A DNA stretch of 64,000 nucleotides, from NCBI GenBank assembly GCA_964019425.1, contig OZ025782.1:1240001-1304000 (forward strand), given 5' to 3'. The translations under genes and the position numbers were made by a program. The stretch's first letter is position 1, and every line of letters starts with the position of its first letter. The notes below the pieces were generated by a model. The model saw only the letters and a list, made by a program, of their open reading frames with translations, made no database searches and was not told where the DNA came from. The stretch is from Flectonema sp. DT1601. Its lineage: Eukaryota. Positions 48,301 to 61,399 of the stretch are shown in pieces.

Positions 48301-51300
48301 CAACAAGTTGGGATGGACCTGGAGGGTCAGTGCACGTGCAGGTCCAATCACCCAAAGAATAAGCGGAAGTGTTTGGGTCGGCACATTTCTGTCCAGCGGC
48401 ATTGCAGATTTTCTTTCCAGTGAGTTCACACTCGTCGATGACGCACTTCGCCGCACCAGCAACCTGCTGTCCCTTACTTGGCTTGTTGCATACGCACATC
48501 CAGTCGTTTAGGCTATCAGCAGATTTGTTTGGATCAACACACGTCTGTCCCTCAGCAGCGATACAAGTCTTTTCATTCTGAGTACATTCATCAACAATAC
48601 AAGTAGCTACTCCTTCTTTAGTCATCACACCTTCTGATGGAGGTTGGCATTTGCACCACCAAGTGCTGTCAGCTTCAACGCAAATTTGCTTGGCGGCTTC
48701 GCAAGTGGCAGCACTCTGAGCTGAACATTGGTAAGGTCCACAGCCAGTTGCCTGAGTCATGAGACCAGGCTTGCCAGCAGTTGGGTCGAGACATTGGCAA
48801 ATCCAGTTGTTAAACTTATCAGCAGCAAGTTGCGGATCAATACATTGTTGATTAACACCACAAACTTGAACTCCGACTGGTGAGTTATCAATACTTTTAT
48901 AACATTCATCCAATTCACAAACAGCTGCTGCACCAGTTTGTGGAGATCCAACGTATTCACTCTTACACTCACACTTCCAGTTGTTAAGAGATGTTTTGAT
49001 CTCATCCACACAAATCTGAACAGTGTTACCATCCTTTCCTAATTGAGCTTCACAGATCTTCTTAATGTTTGGATCTTTGCATTCGTCAACTTCACAAACA
49101 GCTGCTGAAGCTGTAGCGTTGATCGCCCTGTTTGTCGGACAGATACAAACCCAGTCGTTGAAACTTCCCACCAACGTATTTGGATCAACACAGAGCTGCT
49201 CATTTAATTTACAAGTGTGTTGCAGAGATCCAGTCTTCTGGGCACAAGTTGGACACTGAACGTTGCATTCATCGATGTGACATTCTGCTGGAACCTGCAT
49301 TCCAGGAACACCTGTTTCAGGTGCTACACATCTACATTCCCAATCTCCAGAAGTCATTACATTAGGATCAAAACAAGTCTGTCCCTTGTTGGTACAAATA
49401 GTTGAAATAGCTGTATCATCGCAGTCTCCGACGTATGTGCAAACAGCTGGTGCTCCAGTTGCTTCACCAACAGCAGGGGACGGGCAGATACACTTCCAAT
49501 CTCCAGAGGACTTGAAGTCATCATTTGGATCGAAGCAAATCTGACCTTCAGCAGTACAGATGCCTTCCCTGTCAATACACTCGTCGTAAACACACTTCTC
49601 TACTACTCCAGCAATCTTTCTACCAGTAGATGGTGGATAACAGTCACAGTGCCAGTCACCTAAAGCTGAGGTACTTGGATCTGGGTCGGTACAACGTTGC
49701 TCCTCGGCAATACAAACGATACCTGGTTGACCAGGTTCGCATTCATTCTGAGTACATTCAGCTGGTCCAAGTGGTTTAGTATTTCCACCAATCAAACACC
49801 TGCATACCCAATCAGATAATCCAGTCACTGGGTTAGTGCTTCCTTCGATACAAGTTTGTTCATTTTGGATACAAACATTTCCAGTTCCAGTGTTAGCACA
49901 AGTAGGACATGTTTCAGTGCATTCATTCAATTCACAAGTTGCAGGCTTTCCAAGAGCATCATCACCAACCTGTGGAGGAATACACATACAGAAACCTGTC
50001 TTTGTGATATCTGGTTGAGCATCTCTACACAACTGTCCAGCGCTGGTACAGATCTGGCTGTTTAAGAAACACCAAGCCTTAGGAGGTTCAACACAGAGAG
50101 CTGGGTTAGTAACATTAGTAGCAGCAGTGTTAACACACTTACAGTACCAATCATTTAATGAACTGCCATCGTGAACAGGATCAATACAAAGCTGACCAGC
50201 TTCATAGCAAACCTTTGACTTGGAAGCATCCTGACACTCGTCAACATCACACACAGCTGGCTTTCCTGATGCTACACCCGATCCTGGGTTGCACTTACAT
50301 TGCCAGTCACCCTTGACCTTAGAGTCAGGATCTTGGCAGACCTGTCCGGCATCAGTGCAAACCTTTCTAATAGACGGGTCTTGGCACTCATCAATTTCAC
50401 AGATATCAACAGGTGCTCCCTGCTTCTCACCAGTTCCAATCATGCAGACACACTTCCAATCGTTAGTTTCAAAGAATGAAGTTGATGACTCTACGCAACG
50501 TTGTTCATTCTGAATACAAACATTTCCGAATCCAGTGTTAGCACAAGTTGGACAAATAGCAGTACACTCATTGAGCTGACAAGAAGCTGCTCTGCCCTGA
50601 GTAGCTGTACCAGTTGCTGGAGGAACACATTCACACAACCAGTCGCCTACTACTTTCACATCAGGGTCAACACACACCTGACCCTTGGCAGTGCAAATCT
50701 GAGAGTTCTTAATATCGTCACACTCACCCTTAAATGTGCAGGTAGCTTTCTTAGCAATTGCTTCACCATCACCTGCCAAACATTTACAAACCCAATCGCC
50801 TGTCTTGTTTGTGTAAGGGTTTGGGTCCTCACACGACTGACCTTCTTCATAACAGGTGTGTCCATTCTTCTTACACTCATCAAGTATGCAAACAGTAACT
50901 CCTCCGTGAATTTCAGGTCCGGTGCTTGGAGGTGGGCAGGTACACTTCCAATCACTAACAGAGTTAGTAGTCTTCTCATTATCAATACAAATCTGACCAG
51001 CCATAGAACAGATATTAACTGGACTATCAGCTGCTAAGAATCCAGAGCTGTTGTCGATGACATTTGGTCCTGGAGCTCCAGCAGGCTTTGGGGTCATTGG
51101 TGAAGTGCAAGTTCCACGAGCTGGATTTTGCATAGTGGCTGCGTTAATCTTTGCCAGACAAGCTGGAAGGTTTTGGTTGTATGAAACCGTAGTATCCAAG
51201 TAACACCACTCTGATGGGCTATTGTCTGTGTTACAGCATCCTCCTGGACAGCGTGCCATGTTACACTCACAGATGCATCCATCAGTGTCAAATCTACGAG

Positions 51301-54300
51301 TAGCCTGACAGTTGTTCGCACCAGTTCCAGCAAAGTCAACACACTCATCAAGTGGACAGTGAGCAACACTTGTAATTCCAATTGTGGACTCGTGAGGAGC
51401 AGCACACTTACAGAACCAATCATTTAATTTATCTGGCTGCTTGTTTGGGTCTTCACAGGTTTGTCCAGCCATAGTACAAACATTACCTCCTCCCTTATCA
51501 GCGCAGCTAGCGCATCCAATAACCTTACACTCGTCCAACAGACAAACAGCTACAGCAGCTACTTGAGTTATGTTCTTGTCACCTGGGCAGATGCACATCC
51601 AGTCATTCAGACTGTCTGCTGCCTTGTTTGGATCTTCACAAGTCTGACCTCCATCAACGCAAATACCTCTCTTTTTCTCACATTCATCAACTTCACATAC
51701 AGCTGGCTTACCCAGAGCAGTTCCAGTCGCAGAACCCTTACAAGTACACCACCAGTCATCAAGGGATGCAAAAGTTGCATTTCTGTCACCACAGATCTGG
51801 TCAGCCCCACAAATGGCGTCGCCCTTGAATTCACACTCATCGTAGTAGCAGCTTGCTGCCACAGCAGTGGCTTGTCCAGTTCCGTTTACGCAAGTACAAG
51901 TCCAGTCACCAAGGTTTCTAGAATCCTTGTTTGGATCGTTACAAAGTTGTCCAGCGGCTTCGCACGCGTTTTGCAATCCAGGCAACTGACATTCATCAAT
52001 CTCACACAGTGCTGGCTTACCGGTTGCCTCGCCGAAGGTTCCAGAAGCCTGACACACGCACTTCCAGTCGTTAATATTTTTATCATCAGGTGTCGGGTCG
52101 ACGCAAGTTTGACCTTCCTTTGTGCACACATTGCTTACAGTTGGTCCCACAATACCTGCGCAGTGAGAGCAAACATCGGATGTCAGAACACATTCGTCAA
52201 GAGGGCAAACAGCTGGGGATCTGACGTTCTTTCCGACTGCAGGAGAAATGCAGTGGCACTCCCAGTCACCAGTTGTTGTTGGATCAGGGTCAACGCACGC
52301 TTGACCTTCTTGGATACAAATTTGTTCGTTGGCAGAGTTTTCACATTCGCTCATTGGTGGCGGAGTGCAAGTGGCAACTCCCTGCATTCCTGTTCCCTGA
52401 CTTGGAGGGACACAGACACAAGTCCAATCACCAGGTGTTGTAGAGGATGGGTCATTACACATCTGTCCAGCCTTGTGGCAAGTGTCTTCGTTGTCGCGGC
52501 ATTCATCCTTCTCGCATGCAGCGGCTTGTGCAACAGCGTAGTTAATTCCACCGCCTCCTATAACGGTGGTAGGAGGTGGGCAAATACATCTCCAGTCACC
52601 AGTACTTTCAGGGGTAGTAATCGGATCAAAACAATCTTGACCTGCTGCCTGACAGACAGCAGCGTGTGGCAAAGTTGAGTTACACTCATCAAGATGACAA
52701 GTTGCCTGTTGGGAAATAGCCATTCCAATAGTTGGAGCCGGGCAAGTGCAAGTCCAGTCGCCATCAACCCCCCGGTTAGGGTCGTTACAAGTCTGGCCGC
52801 TGTTATCTTCTCCACACACATGTGTTGCAGGTGCCTTTGGTGCTGCAATAGCTCCAGCTGGCGGGGTGTTCAGAGGAACACAGAACTGTTTAACATCTTG
52901 TCTACCCAATTCACGGCAGTGCGGCTTATCGCGGTTAGGACCGTTTGGAGATGGGTCGATGTAACAGTAGTCTGTTACTCGGCCGGTGGTATCCTTTGAG
53001 CCGTCGTTGTTGCAGCATCCTCCCCAGCACTTCTCTGTCCAGTCTTGCTTCCAAAACTTCTCCTGCCAGAAGCACTGACATCCACATCCCTCTGTAGTCC
53101 ATCTGTAGAAGTGTCTTCCACAAATGTGAGCTGACTTCTCAGATGGAACAGCGCACTCATCAAGTCCACAGTCGGCGACACCCATCACCTTTCTTGCGGT
53201 CAATGGTGGCTGACAGAGACATTGCCAGTCGTCTGGTGTGGTCAGGCTATCATCCTGACAAATCTGACCAGCGTTTCTGCAAAGCACTCCGTGTTTGTCA
53301 CATTCGTTAATCTCACACACAGCAGCCTTCAAGTATGCAGTTTGAGTGGCTGGCGCCTCACAATTGCACTTCCAGTCGTTGAGTGATGTCGCAGCAATGT
53401 TATCATCAGTACAGGTCTGTCCAACAGCAGTACAAACAGGTCCGTTAACAATACATTCATCAAGGTCACACACTGCAGGCTTGGCGGTAGCTTTACCAGT
53501 TCCCTGTCTGCAATTACATGTCCAGTCCTGTGGCTCTCTTGGATCAGGATCGATACAGTCTTGTTGAGCAGCAGTACATGTAGAACCATGAATAGCACAT
53601 TCATCAACATCACAGATGGCTATCCTTCTAACTGCCTGACCACCTCCATTTGGACACTTACAGATCCAATCATTTAGACTTGAAGGAGAGGTGTTTGGAT
53701 CGACACACTCCTGAGTATCACACTTACCCTGAGCACATGTAGGGCAGCTAGCAGTACATTCATCCAACTTACAAATGGCTGGTCCATTAGTGATAGAAGG
53801 ACCAGTAGATGGAGGAGTGCAGGCACACATCCAGTCACCAAGAACTTTGCTACTTGGGTCAAGGCAACGCTGACCAGCGGCGGTACAAATAGAGCTCTTT
53901 GTAATGTCATCACAGTCTCCAATATTTACACAAGTTGCTGGTTCCAAAACTAGTGATCCATTTGCTGGAGGTACGCATCTGCACTCCCAATCGTTTAGGC
54001 TATTTGCAGTCTTAGTAGGGTCAAAGCAAACTTGTCCTGCTGCTCCACAGATGGATTGTTTCACGGTACACTCATCAAGTTCGCAGTCAGCTGGCTTTCC
54101 AAAGGCAAAGCCAATCTGACCATCCGGACACAAACAGCCCCAGTCGTCAAGGGTCTGGTGGTTTGCATCTTTGCAAGTTTGCCCAGCGTTTCTACAAGTG
54201 TCCTCATTGGCCTTGATAAGACATTCATTAACAGTACAAACAGCTGCTGCAGTAATAGCAGAAGCAGTAGATGGAGCCTTACACTTACAAATCCAGTCGG

Positions 54301-57300
54301 ATAATGATGCGAGTGTTGGTACTGGATCAACACAATCTTGTCCCTTATCAGAACAGGTCGTCTTTGCACAAGAATGGCAATCAGCTGCGCATTCATCGAG
54401 CATGCAGGTAGCAGCTTTTGTAACTCCTGTACCGCTTGCAGGATCGTTACATCTACATTCCCAGTTATCAGAAACTTTCTTGTCAGGGTCAACACAAGTC
54501 TGAGATGGGGAGGCACCAACACAGATGTTTCCAAACTGTTGACATTCATCAACATCACAGTCAGCAACAGCCTGGTTAGCAAAACCTACAGCCGGTGGTA
54601 GACAAGTACACTTCCAGTCGAGCGGCTCTGGTCCGTCAATGCATTTCTGACCGGCAGCGCTACAGATAGTGTTAGTCTTGCATTCATCAATATTACAGTA
54701 AGCAATTGACATTAACTTTGATCCTGTTCCTGGAGCAACACATTCACATCTCCAATCGTTCTTTGTGGTGACATCAGGATCAACACATGTTTGAACTCCA
54801 CACACAGATTGTCCGTTAGGCATAATGCTTGTATCAGTACACTCATTGATATCACAATTAGCAACTGAAGTTAGCATTGTGTTTGCATTAGTAGGGCAAG
54901 TACACCACCAATCACCAGTACTAGTGGGGTCGGTGTTCTTGTCATTACAAGTTTGTCCAGCAGCCTCACAGCGGTTCCTTACATCAACAGCACCTTGTCT
55001 TGCACAGGTAGGGCAAACTACAACACACTCATCAAGTATACAATCAGTTGATGTTGTTAATGATCCAGGAGTACCAGTTTGTGGAGCTTTACAGCGACAC
55101 TCCCAGTTGCTTGCTACTTTGTGGTCAGGGTCGACGCATTCCTGTCCAGCGGCACTGCATGTAGTTCCGGCACAGGTGGTGCAATTAGCAACACATTCAT
55201 TTGTTTCACAAGCAGGAACTGGTCCTCCATTCATAACTCCAGATGCAGGAGGAAGACATCTACACTGCCAGTCATTAGTAGTTGTAACGGAAGGGTCATG
55301 ACACTCTTGACCTGCTGGACAAGTGTTAGCTGCTATAGAACATTCATCAACTGTGCAACTAGCAACTACGTTAGCCTGTGCTTGGTTGGTTGATGGAGAG
55401 CGACATTTGCAAACCCAATCGTTTATGTACGCAGCATCAGTTGACCCTTCAACGCAGTCTTGACCAACTGCACTGCAGTTCTTGGCACCAGATGCACAGT
55501 GATCACAAACCGTGTTACATTCGTCTAATTGACAGCTAGCGTAAGCGATAGCTTTAGAACCAACAGCAGGTGCCGTACATCTGCACTCCCATGTGTTTGT
55601 TGTAGACTTGTCGGTATCTTGGCAAGTCTGCCCAGCATTCTCACAGGTTAGCTTGTTGCAAGTGTGACAGTTAGCTGTACATTCATCAAGTTCGCAAACG
55701 GCAGCAACCTGATTTCCTGGAGTAACAGTTGTCCACCCCGGAAGACAAACGCATGTCCAGTCACCCAACATATTTGGATCTGGATCAACACATGTTTGTC
55801 CAGCAGCAGAGCAAACAGCGACATTCATAGCATCTAAGCAATCCCCTGTTGCCATACAAGTAGCTGGTCCCTGGTTACCAGCAGTACCAGTAAGTGGAGC
55901 AACGCATTCACAGATCCAGTCATTCTGAACAGCCGTGTTAGGGTCTGAACAAGTTTGTCCTTGATCAGTACAGATCTTTTCGTTAGTGGCATCACATTCA
56001 TCTTCAATACAGGTGGCGGCCTGAAACTTTCCAGGAGCACCAGTCATTGGTGGGATGCACTCACACTGCCATTCTGGCTCAAATGGACTTGGTTGAACAC
56101 AGTTCTGCATAACCGCTGAGCAAATGGTGTTGTTCGCGCATTGGTCTACTGGACAGGTTGCAACACGAGCAATTGCTCTGTTGGTTAATGGATCTGGACA
56201 CTTGCACTGCCAGTCACTAGTTGAGGAGTCAGTCTTAACAGGGTCAGTACATATTTGACCGGCAGCAGTGCAGACATTTCCACTTCCGGTGTCCGCACAG
56301 TGAGAGCAAACAACTTGACACTCATCCAAAACACACTGCGCTGGAGCACCCAAGCTAGTAATCGAGTCAACTGGAGGTGGGCACTTACACCTCCAGTCGC
56401 TGAGTGAGTCAGCAGAATCATTTGGATCTTCACAAACCTGACCAGCAATCGTGCAAACGTCAGTTGGGTTACCAGGAGCCTTAGCACATGTTGTACAGTC
56501 AAAATTGCACTCGTTCAGTCTGCAGTCAGCTACAACTTGATTACCATCAGCTCCCGTCTGAGGAGATTTACACTTGCAAACCCAGCTGTTGTCAACTTTT
56601 GTGTCTAAATCTTCACACACCTGCCCTTTGGCTTCACAAGTGGCTCCGTTAGTTACACACTCATCATGTTTGCAATCAGCTGGTACCATTACAGCATTAG
56701 TTCCAATGTTTGGGAACGTACACTGACATTCCCAATTGTTTAAGTGATCTTGGTTAGTGTCAATACACGTTTGTCCCTGATCAGTACAGATTTTACTCTT
56801 AGCGATGTCTTTACACTCGTCTTCAGTAGTGATACAAATAGCTGCTGCTATAGTGTTTTCAGTTTTACCATCAGGGCAGATACAAACCCAGTCATTAATA
56901 GAGTTGGCGTTGGTGTTACGATCTTCACAAGTTTGCATAGCCAACCTACAAATATCTTGCTCACAGTGAGGACAAAGAATATCACATTCATTAAGTTCAC
57001 AGTCAGCGATTCCCTTGTCTTTGAAACCAGTTGCTGGAACCTTACACTTACAACGCCAAGTTCCTAAAGTTGTTCTGTCAGTATCTTCACAGACCTGGTC
57101 TGCAGTGTCGCAGGTGGCCTGCTTGTCAAGACACTCATCGAATTCACATGTTGCTGGTTTCATGACAGCAGTCTGACCAGTAGGACATTTACAAATCCAA
57201 TCACCACTTTGAGAAGGGTTTGGATCTTCACAAGATTGACCCTGGGCGGTACAAACGTTTTCATTGACAATGCATTCATCTTCAACACATGCAGCAACTC

Positions 57301-58117
57301 CCATCAGTGCCTCTCCCTGAGCTGATCCCTTGCACTGACATTTCCAATTTTTGTGTACTTCATCTGAGCCTTCGATACAGACCTGACCATTTACCTCACA
57401 AATGTTACCGTTACCGTCTCCCTTATCAGCGCAATGGGTACAGGCAGTTGTACATTCATTAATCTTACAAATAGCACGTCTTCCAGTAGCCTCACCCTGG
57501 TATGGAGTTGGGCAAGCACACTTCCAGTCACCAATGCTCGTAGGGCTCGTAGTTGGGTCACTGCAAGTCTGAGTAAGTGTACCAGTGCTACAGAAGCTGT
57601 TCCCATACTCAGTACATTCATTGAGGGTGCAGGTAGCAACATCCCACATTTCTGGAGTTCCTGTGGCTGGCGCGATACAGTGGCACTCGATACTTTCCCT
57701 GTCCGGCATCTCACATCTCTGACCCTGGGCTGTACACAATGAACCTGAAGTAACACAAAGTTGACCAAGAGGAGTTTGTGGAACACAGACAGCTGGAAAT
57801 CCTACCATAGGAGTACCGTCGTATAAAGTAGGGCAACTGCAAGTAAAGTCGTTGGTTTTCGTTTTGTCAGGGTCGGAACACGTCTGACCAGCTTTTGCAC
57901 AGACATCATTATGCATGCATTCATCGTATTCACAAACAGCTTTAACCATCTCTCCGATTTGTGTGGCTGGCGCTTGGCAAACACACTGCCAATTTCCATC
58001 AGTTTCTGGATCCGGGTCCTGGCAAACCTGGTCAGTAGTACCACACACGCTACCGTTTTGAAAACACTCATCAGCAGCCATGGCTACCGCAAACAAGGTA
58101 GCGACGATTACTCTCAT
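45348..58117 (-). CDS. giant type I membrane protein with tandem Cys-rich EGF-like repeats, 3 exons, ~4181 aa
   Basis: Exons 58117-46843, 46696-46464 and 46385-45348 join in frame (12546 nt). Signal peptide MRVIVATLFAVAMA, repeat DEC..C..AGQxCxDP..DWxCxC..P..G..AxC, TM WWCILLIILAILCCFLILAALWWRRRK and acidic tail. Confidence 0.92.
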
Positions 58118-58233
58118 TTTAAATATTTCTCTTTTTCGTATAAGGGATTATGAGTTTATGTTTTCCCAACAAACAACGTCCTCTTATGAGAACAGGGATC
58201 GGGGTTAAGATGACTGTGAGGAGAAATGATTAT

Positions 58234-58406
58234 TGAAAGGGGTGAAACCTTTAACAATATAAAAACAGTGTCAACGTTAAGTATCAAAACCAAGATTAAT
58301 ATCAAAGTACCTGATAGACTGTAGTGAAGGGGGTGAATCTTTGACAATGTAAAAACAGTAACAACTTTAGGTATTAAAGAAAACAAAATTAATATCAAGT
58401 ACTTGA
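58234..58406. repeat. two ~91-bp tandem units, each containing the same short element as at 27066/27385
   Basis: GGGGTGAAACCTTTAACAATATAAAAACAGTGTCAACGTT (58239) and GGGGTGAATCTTTGACAATGTAAAAACAGTAACAACTTT (58330), each followed by ..ATTAATATCAA(A)GTAC(C/T)TGA. Confidence 0.85.
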
Positions 58407-58732
58407 CTGAAAAATATTTGTAGTTGTTAATCAAAGAAAATTACCTTTAGAAAAAAGAGAAAATAAAAAGAAAAAATATAAAGAGATAACTATATTTTTT
58501 GTCTTATTGACCAGAAAACGTTGTCGAATCTGGTAATTCGGGGACCACGTACTAACAGGTTGAGCGTCCCATGCATGTATTGAAGGGGGGAAAGTAAAGT
58601 TATTGAACTCGCCACACAACTAGACTGAACTCACGGGCGTCACTTTAAATTAAAAAAAAGGCTTCGAAAACCTCCTTCATCATTATCACTAACTTCCTAC
58701 GTAATCCACAACGTCCTTAAGAACAACTATCG

Positions 58733-60187
58733 CTAACAAGAATCTCTGATTGGAGTTCCAGAAATGTAGCCATCGACTGACTTTCTGTCTAATGGTATCG
58801 AATGAGGTGGCCAACTATGAGAAGAAGATACAAACAGTGAACACATATCGTGTGATGGTCGGTAAGTGAAAGCGCGACAGGTAGAGTTGTGATAACAAAG
58901 TGAACAACAAACAGCAGCTGAACTAATAAAATCTGAAATATCAACAACCGCAGTACCAGAACGAGGTGTGTAACGAAAGCTTCGTTCTGTGAAGCAGTCA
59001 AAGTTCGTTTGATTCGAAATAGAAATTGTTTCAACATTTGTCAACTGAGAAACACTACCAGCATCAGTCTTACGTAAGGCATTTCTCAGACGTTTTGCAT
59101 ATTTTAGAATACCTGGACTGTATACCCAATTGAGATCTCGTTTATCCATTTGAGGTGTTTGGTTTCTGTCATTGTGAAGTCCATTCCTCATCTTTCTTAC
59201 AGACCTCCATCTTCGAGCTTCCTGACTCTTTGGTGCGTAGTGCTGAAGAGCAATACCTGCCTTACAACACTTCTTAGGATCTGCGATGTCCTTATTGTGA
59301 TAAAACCATAATTTACAATCATCGTTAACATCCGACTCAGACTGAGGACTGCTACAATTCCCCAACGTGAGTTCTAATCTGCTGGGGAAGTGGTTTGCAC
59401 AATGTTCGTTACTTGGCATACAGTTCATATTCGCAATGTATTTGGTATGTCTACATTCTTTACAATGTCCATTAAAAGGTTGACAAGAAACCCCCCAAAT
59501 ATCAACGTATTGTGAACAATCACCTCCAGACAACAAGAAGTTTTCTGTTAGTAATCCAGGAGGATGTAATAAAAAGTGATTAGAACCAAACATTTCCCAA
59601 TCAAGTAAAAAATGGGTGGATTTTTGATTACATTGTCTAATGTGCTGAGAAAGAGAACATCCTTGACGAGGGAAAATATATTCATCGGAATCAACTAAGA
59701 CAAGCCAGTCTAACTTATGCCTCGCGAATTCGATACACTTGGATATGTATGCGCTGTCACGTGCTGTTGGTTTCTGACAGCGGGAATCACCTTCAGGAAC
59801 ACTTCCAGGGATAAGTTGGATGAAATTATTATTTTTTTCAGAATAAGACTTTATTATCGAAAGAGTTTCGTCAGTACTGTTGTCATCGATTATAAATATC
59901 TTCTCAATGCCGACTAGTTTATGAAACTCAATCCATTCACGAAGCCATCTCCCGTCGTCCTTTACAGAGAGACAAATACCTAAAAAAGATTTTTTATCGT
60001 CTTGGTGATCTGTTTGAGTATCGAGATGAACTGATCTTTTATTTTGTGCATCGATGATGGAATTTGTTGCCTGTTTGACGCCTGCCCCCATCAACAACAC
60101 CCCTACCAGGGTCACCACAACAGCAGAGGCTACCAGGACATAAAGTTTTGGGAGTTTAAAAGTTACCTTTATGGGAGATCTTCCCAT
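58733..60187 (-). CDS. GT92/GT2-like glycosyltransferase with C-terminal PAN/apple domain
   Basis: N-terminal TM anchor, WLREWIEFH..G..KIFIIDDNSTD, DWLVLVDSDEYI (DxD), and C-terminal CCSLC..CRAFTY..CSL..GYISG. Confidence 0.85.
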   Translation of the reverse strand: MGRSPIKVTFKLPKLYVLVASAVVVTLVGVLLMGAGVKQATNSIIDAQNKRSVHLDTQTDHQDDKKSFLGICLSVKDDGRWLREWIEFHKLVGIEKIFIIDDNSTDETLSIIKSYSEKNNNFIQLIPGSVPEGDSRCQKPTARDSAYISKCIEFARHKLDWLVLVDSDEYIFPRQGCSLSQHIRQCNQKSTHFLLDWEMFGSNHFLLHPPGLLTENFLLSGGDCSQYVDIWGVSCQPFNGHCKECRHTKYIANMNCMPSNEHCANHFPSRLELTLGNCSSPQSESDVNDDCKLWFYHNKDIADPKKCCKAGIALQHYAPKSQEARRWRSVRKMRNGLHNDRNQTPQMDKRDLNWVYSPGILKYAKRLRNALRKTDAGSVSQLTNVETISISNQTNFDCFTERSFRYTPRSGTAVVDISDFISSAAVCCSLCYHNSTCRAFTYRPSHDMCSLFVSSSHSWPPHSIPLDRKSVDGYISGTPIRDSC

Positions 60188-61399
60188 GTCCTGCTAAAAA
60201 AAAAAATGGTTTTTTTTTTTTATATAAACGACCAGATAAGATTTAGCAACTAAACTGCTTGCGGTGTTCTAAGGAACAGTTTTTTTAAAAAAAAAAAAAA
60301 AGAGTGAAATGACTTGATTTTTTATATTCCATAATTTAAGAAGGCAAATCTCACCGTTAGCATCAGCGTTGGTACGGTTTGTGTGGTGAATTTGGGGGTG
60401 AAAAAAAAAAAGGGGGAAAAAAAATTTAAATCTAGAAAACAATTCATGGAACATACCCCACACTGTAGCAGGAGGAGTTGTGTAATAAATTATTTTGTGA
60501 GTACTAAGTAGCTCTACACAACCAATTTCAGGTACGAAATAAACCTATTTCCTTATTTGAGTTTAAGTTTATTAAAAAACTATAACTAAACAGACGAACA
60601 ACAACAAAAAAAATGCTAAAAGACAGACAGAGGGAAAAAAAAATGACACGATTTATAAAAATAAAAAAAAGAGAGAGAGCGGTTCGGTAGTGTTGCATTT
60701 TGTAGTTCACTTCTGAGGCTGCTTGCCGACGGTAAGACAACAAAGTTACTGCAAAAAAGTAAGAATAATTCTCATGAAAAAAATATTCTCGTGAATTTGG
60801 GCTTCTTCGCAAGATTGCCTTATAGAAAGGAAATCCGTAGCAGTAAGTTGAAAAAAAAAAAAAAAAAAAAAAAAAAACATCTATCTTGATCAGGAACCCA
60901 CTCGTGAGGAAAAATTCTCGTAGAAATAATCGGGAGATTTTTTTTTTTTTTTTTTTTTGAATAAAATTAATGAACATTTTCCTCACGAGAATAATTCTTG
61001 TTACACTACACAGCAAGGGTAACTCACCGCAGTAAGTCTTTTTATATTCCTTTTTCTCTTTCTTTTTTTTCTTTTTTGTGTGTAAAATACAATATATAAA
61101 AAAAAAAAACTGAACGTCTGTGAAATATTTTAGACAGAACAAATAAATGAAACTAACCAAAACAATAAATGCGGTAACCGCCAGTTGTTAAAAAGACTCA
61201 TCAAACTCGAATATTTCGGTTACGTTGCAGGGAGGCTGCTGATAACCTTAATAAGTAAACAATGTGGAAGGCGGAACATTAGGGAAGATAGAGTACATTC
61301 TATTTGGTTGAGTAGCTATACAACTAAAAAAAATAGTAAAGTAGGGTATTCCTTTTGCACATTGAACGTCCACTTAGGTCTGCATGATATGTTTTCTTT

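Noticed and set aside
46806..58153. Many overlapping ORFs up to 405 aa
   Set aside because: Alternative-frame and antisense shadows of the Cys-rich repeat gene.
60528..61160. 210-aa minus-strand ORF
   Set aside because: Low-complexity F/K runs from homopolymers in the channel 3' region.
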